Notes under the pieces: generated by a model
The model's database searches: none
What the model was told of the DNA's origin: nothing
What the model saw: the letters and a program-made list of their open reading frames with translations, nothing else
Translations under genes and position numbers: made by a program
Source of the DNA: Leucoraja erinacea
Lineage: Eukaryota
DNA: 64,000 bases
Assembly: GCF_028641065.1 (NCBI RefSeq)
Contig: NC_073381.1
Span: forward strand, 17,608,001 to 17,672,000
Direction: 5' to 3'
In this document: piece by piece, positions 62,068 through 64,000 of the stretch
Layout of the letters: the number at the start of each line of letters is the position of its first letter
Position numbering within the stretch: the first letter of the stretch is position 1

Positions 62068-63080
62068 GAGGCTGAGGGAAGACCTGACAGAAGTACATAG
62101 AATTATGAGGCTAGACAGGGTAGACGGGCAGAACCTTTATCCTCAGGATGGAAATGTCAAAGACTAGAGGGCATAGCTTTAAGGTGAGAGTAATGGCAAA
62201 GTTTAAAGGAGATGCGCAGGCATCATTTTTTATATGCAGAAAGTGGCGGATGCCTGGAGCTCACAGGCCAGAGGTGGTGTTGGAGGAAGATACAATAGTG
62301 ACATGTAAGAGTCCTTTGGGTAGGCAATAGACAATAGGTGCAGGAGCAGGCCATTTGGTCCTTTGAGTCCTAATGGTCAGAACCCCCACAATCTTCACCG
62401 TTGTATTTTAAAACACCCGGGGATAAGTTTAGTTTGGATTTGTCAATGTGATCATGGCTGATCATCCCCAATCAGTACCCCGTCTCTGCCTTCTCCCCAT
62501 ATCCCGTGACTCCGCTATTTTTAAGAGCCCTATCTAGCTCTCTCTTGAAAGCATCCAGAGAACCTGCCTCCACCGCCCTCTGAGGCATAGTATTCCACAG
62601 ACTCAACACTATCTGTGAGAAAAAGTGTTTCCTCATCTCCGTTCTAAATGGCTTACTCCTTATTCTTAAACTGTGGCCCCTGGTTCTGGACTCCCCCAAC
62701 ATCGGGAACATGTTTCCTGCCTCTAGCGTGTCCAAGCCCTTAACAATCTTATATATTTCAATGAGATCCTCTCTCATCATTCTATACTCCAGAGTGTACA
62801 AGCCCAGCTGCTCCATTCTCTCAGCATTTGACAGTCCCGCCCTCCCGGGAATTAACCTTGTAAACCTACGCTGCACTCCCTCAATAGCAAGAATAGGGAC
62901 CAAATTAGGGGACTATACCTGCACACAATACTCCAGGTGTGGTCGCACTAGGGCTCTGTACAACAAGCAGGGAATGGAGGGATATGGATCATGTGTAGGC
63001 ATCATGTTCGGCACAGACATTGTGGGCCGAAGGATCTGTTCCTACGTTGTCCTGTTCTGTGTTCTATGTTCTATGTTCCA
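62068..63080. mobile_element. Nested CR1 copies (plus-strand copy split by a minus-strand copy at about 62330-62965)
   Basis: ORF 62472-62903 is a CR1 ORF2 C-terminus; the flanks are plus-strand CR1. Confidence 0.75.
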
Positions 63081-63720
63081 ATCATTGTCAGCTATTTTGA
63101 AAAGCAAGGTACCAAATACTGAACCCCATTGATAATGGTCTTCCAAACCACAAATACCCATCAACTATCCCTTCACTTCCTGTTGTTTTTAGATTCATTT
63201 TTAGATCCCATGCATCTCTTCTGTTCAGCCTGCCAAATGAAACCTCATCAAAAGACTTACTAAAATCACAAACTAGATCAAATGTACTTTCTCTTTGACC
63301 TCCTTGTTGCCCTCGGAAACAATTTATCAAGTTAGTCAGACATTACACAGCCTAAACAAATTCATGCCGATTGATCTGTACCTTTCTAGATGAAGATTTA
63401 CTCTCTCCCTTTCACTGGATTCCAATGATGTGCCCATCATAGTTAAACTAACTAGCTGCAACAACTAGATTTCTTCTTTACTCTTTTTTAAAACAATGGT
63501 ATAATGTTAGTCCTCAATCCCCTGGCACCATTCCTGGAGCCAGGGAGAAATGAAAAAAATTAATGGTCAGAACCCCCACAATCTTCACCGTTGTACTTTA
63601 AAACACCCGGGGTTAAGTTTAGTTTGGATTTGTCATTTTATCTACTTTCCACTTTCAAATATTAATGTCTGCTCCATTAACTATTTCACATTTTCTCTCC
63701 TTAACAATATCAGAATTGTG

Positions 63721-63896
63721 CGCTATATTTAAGAGGGAGTTAGATGTGGCCCTTGTGGCTAAGGGGATCAGGGGGTATGGAGAGAAGGCAGGTACGGGAT
63801 ACTGAGTTGGATGATCAGCCATGATCATATTGAATGGCGGTGCAGGCTCGAAGGGCCGAATGGCCTACTCCTGCACCTAATTTCTATGTTTCTATG
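63721..63896 (+). mobile_element. CR1 3' fragment
   Basis: Young family tail. Confidence 0.85.
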
Positions 63897-64000
63897 TGCC
63901 CTCTTTTATCAGACAGTTACAAATAATTCATAGAGGACATTACCAGTGCCACAGCCCCTTCATTGGTGCCCAATAGGAGCTATTCTTCATTACTTCCGTG

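Overview
Eukaryotic, repeat-rich vertebrate DNA. The repeat families (HE1-like SINEs, CR1 with (TTCTATGT)n tails, Penelope hairpins) suggest a cartilaginous fish, probably a skate or ray; this is inference. The backbone is the 3' part of HEATR5B on the minus strand. I traced 21 coding exons from 61249 to the stop at 9054, and every junction is phase-consistent; one intron is GC-AG and one acceptor is NAGNAG. Introns and the 3' flank carry CR1, L2, L1, Rex1/Babar, RTE, Penelope, Tc1, hAT-like and SINE insertions. Four things stand out. (1) A near-intact DIRS1-type tyrosine-recombinase retrotransposon (32894-38001) with perfect ITR/ICR complementarity and a possible spliced route to its recombinase. 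(2) A compact HDV-like ribozyme fold (10048-10101) at the 5' end of a Vingi-like short retroposon, lying sense to the host pre-mRNA in the last HEATR5B intron. (3) Penelope-derived 96-bp inserts carrying minimal hammerhead motifs, plus related foldback inserts with 14-17 bp TSDs. (4) Inverted CR1 copies tightly bracketing a 180-nt exon. All calls were made by eye without database searches, and repeat boundaries are approximate unless a TSD is given.
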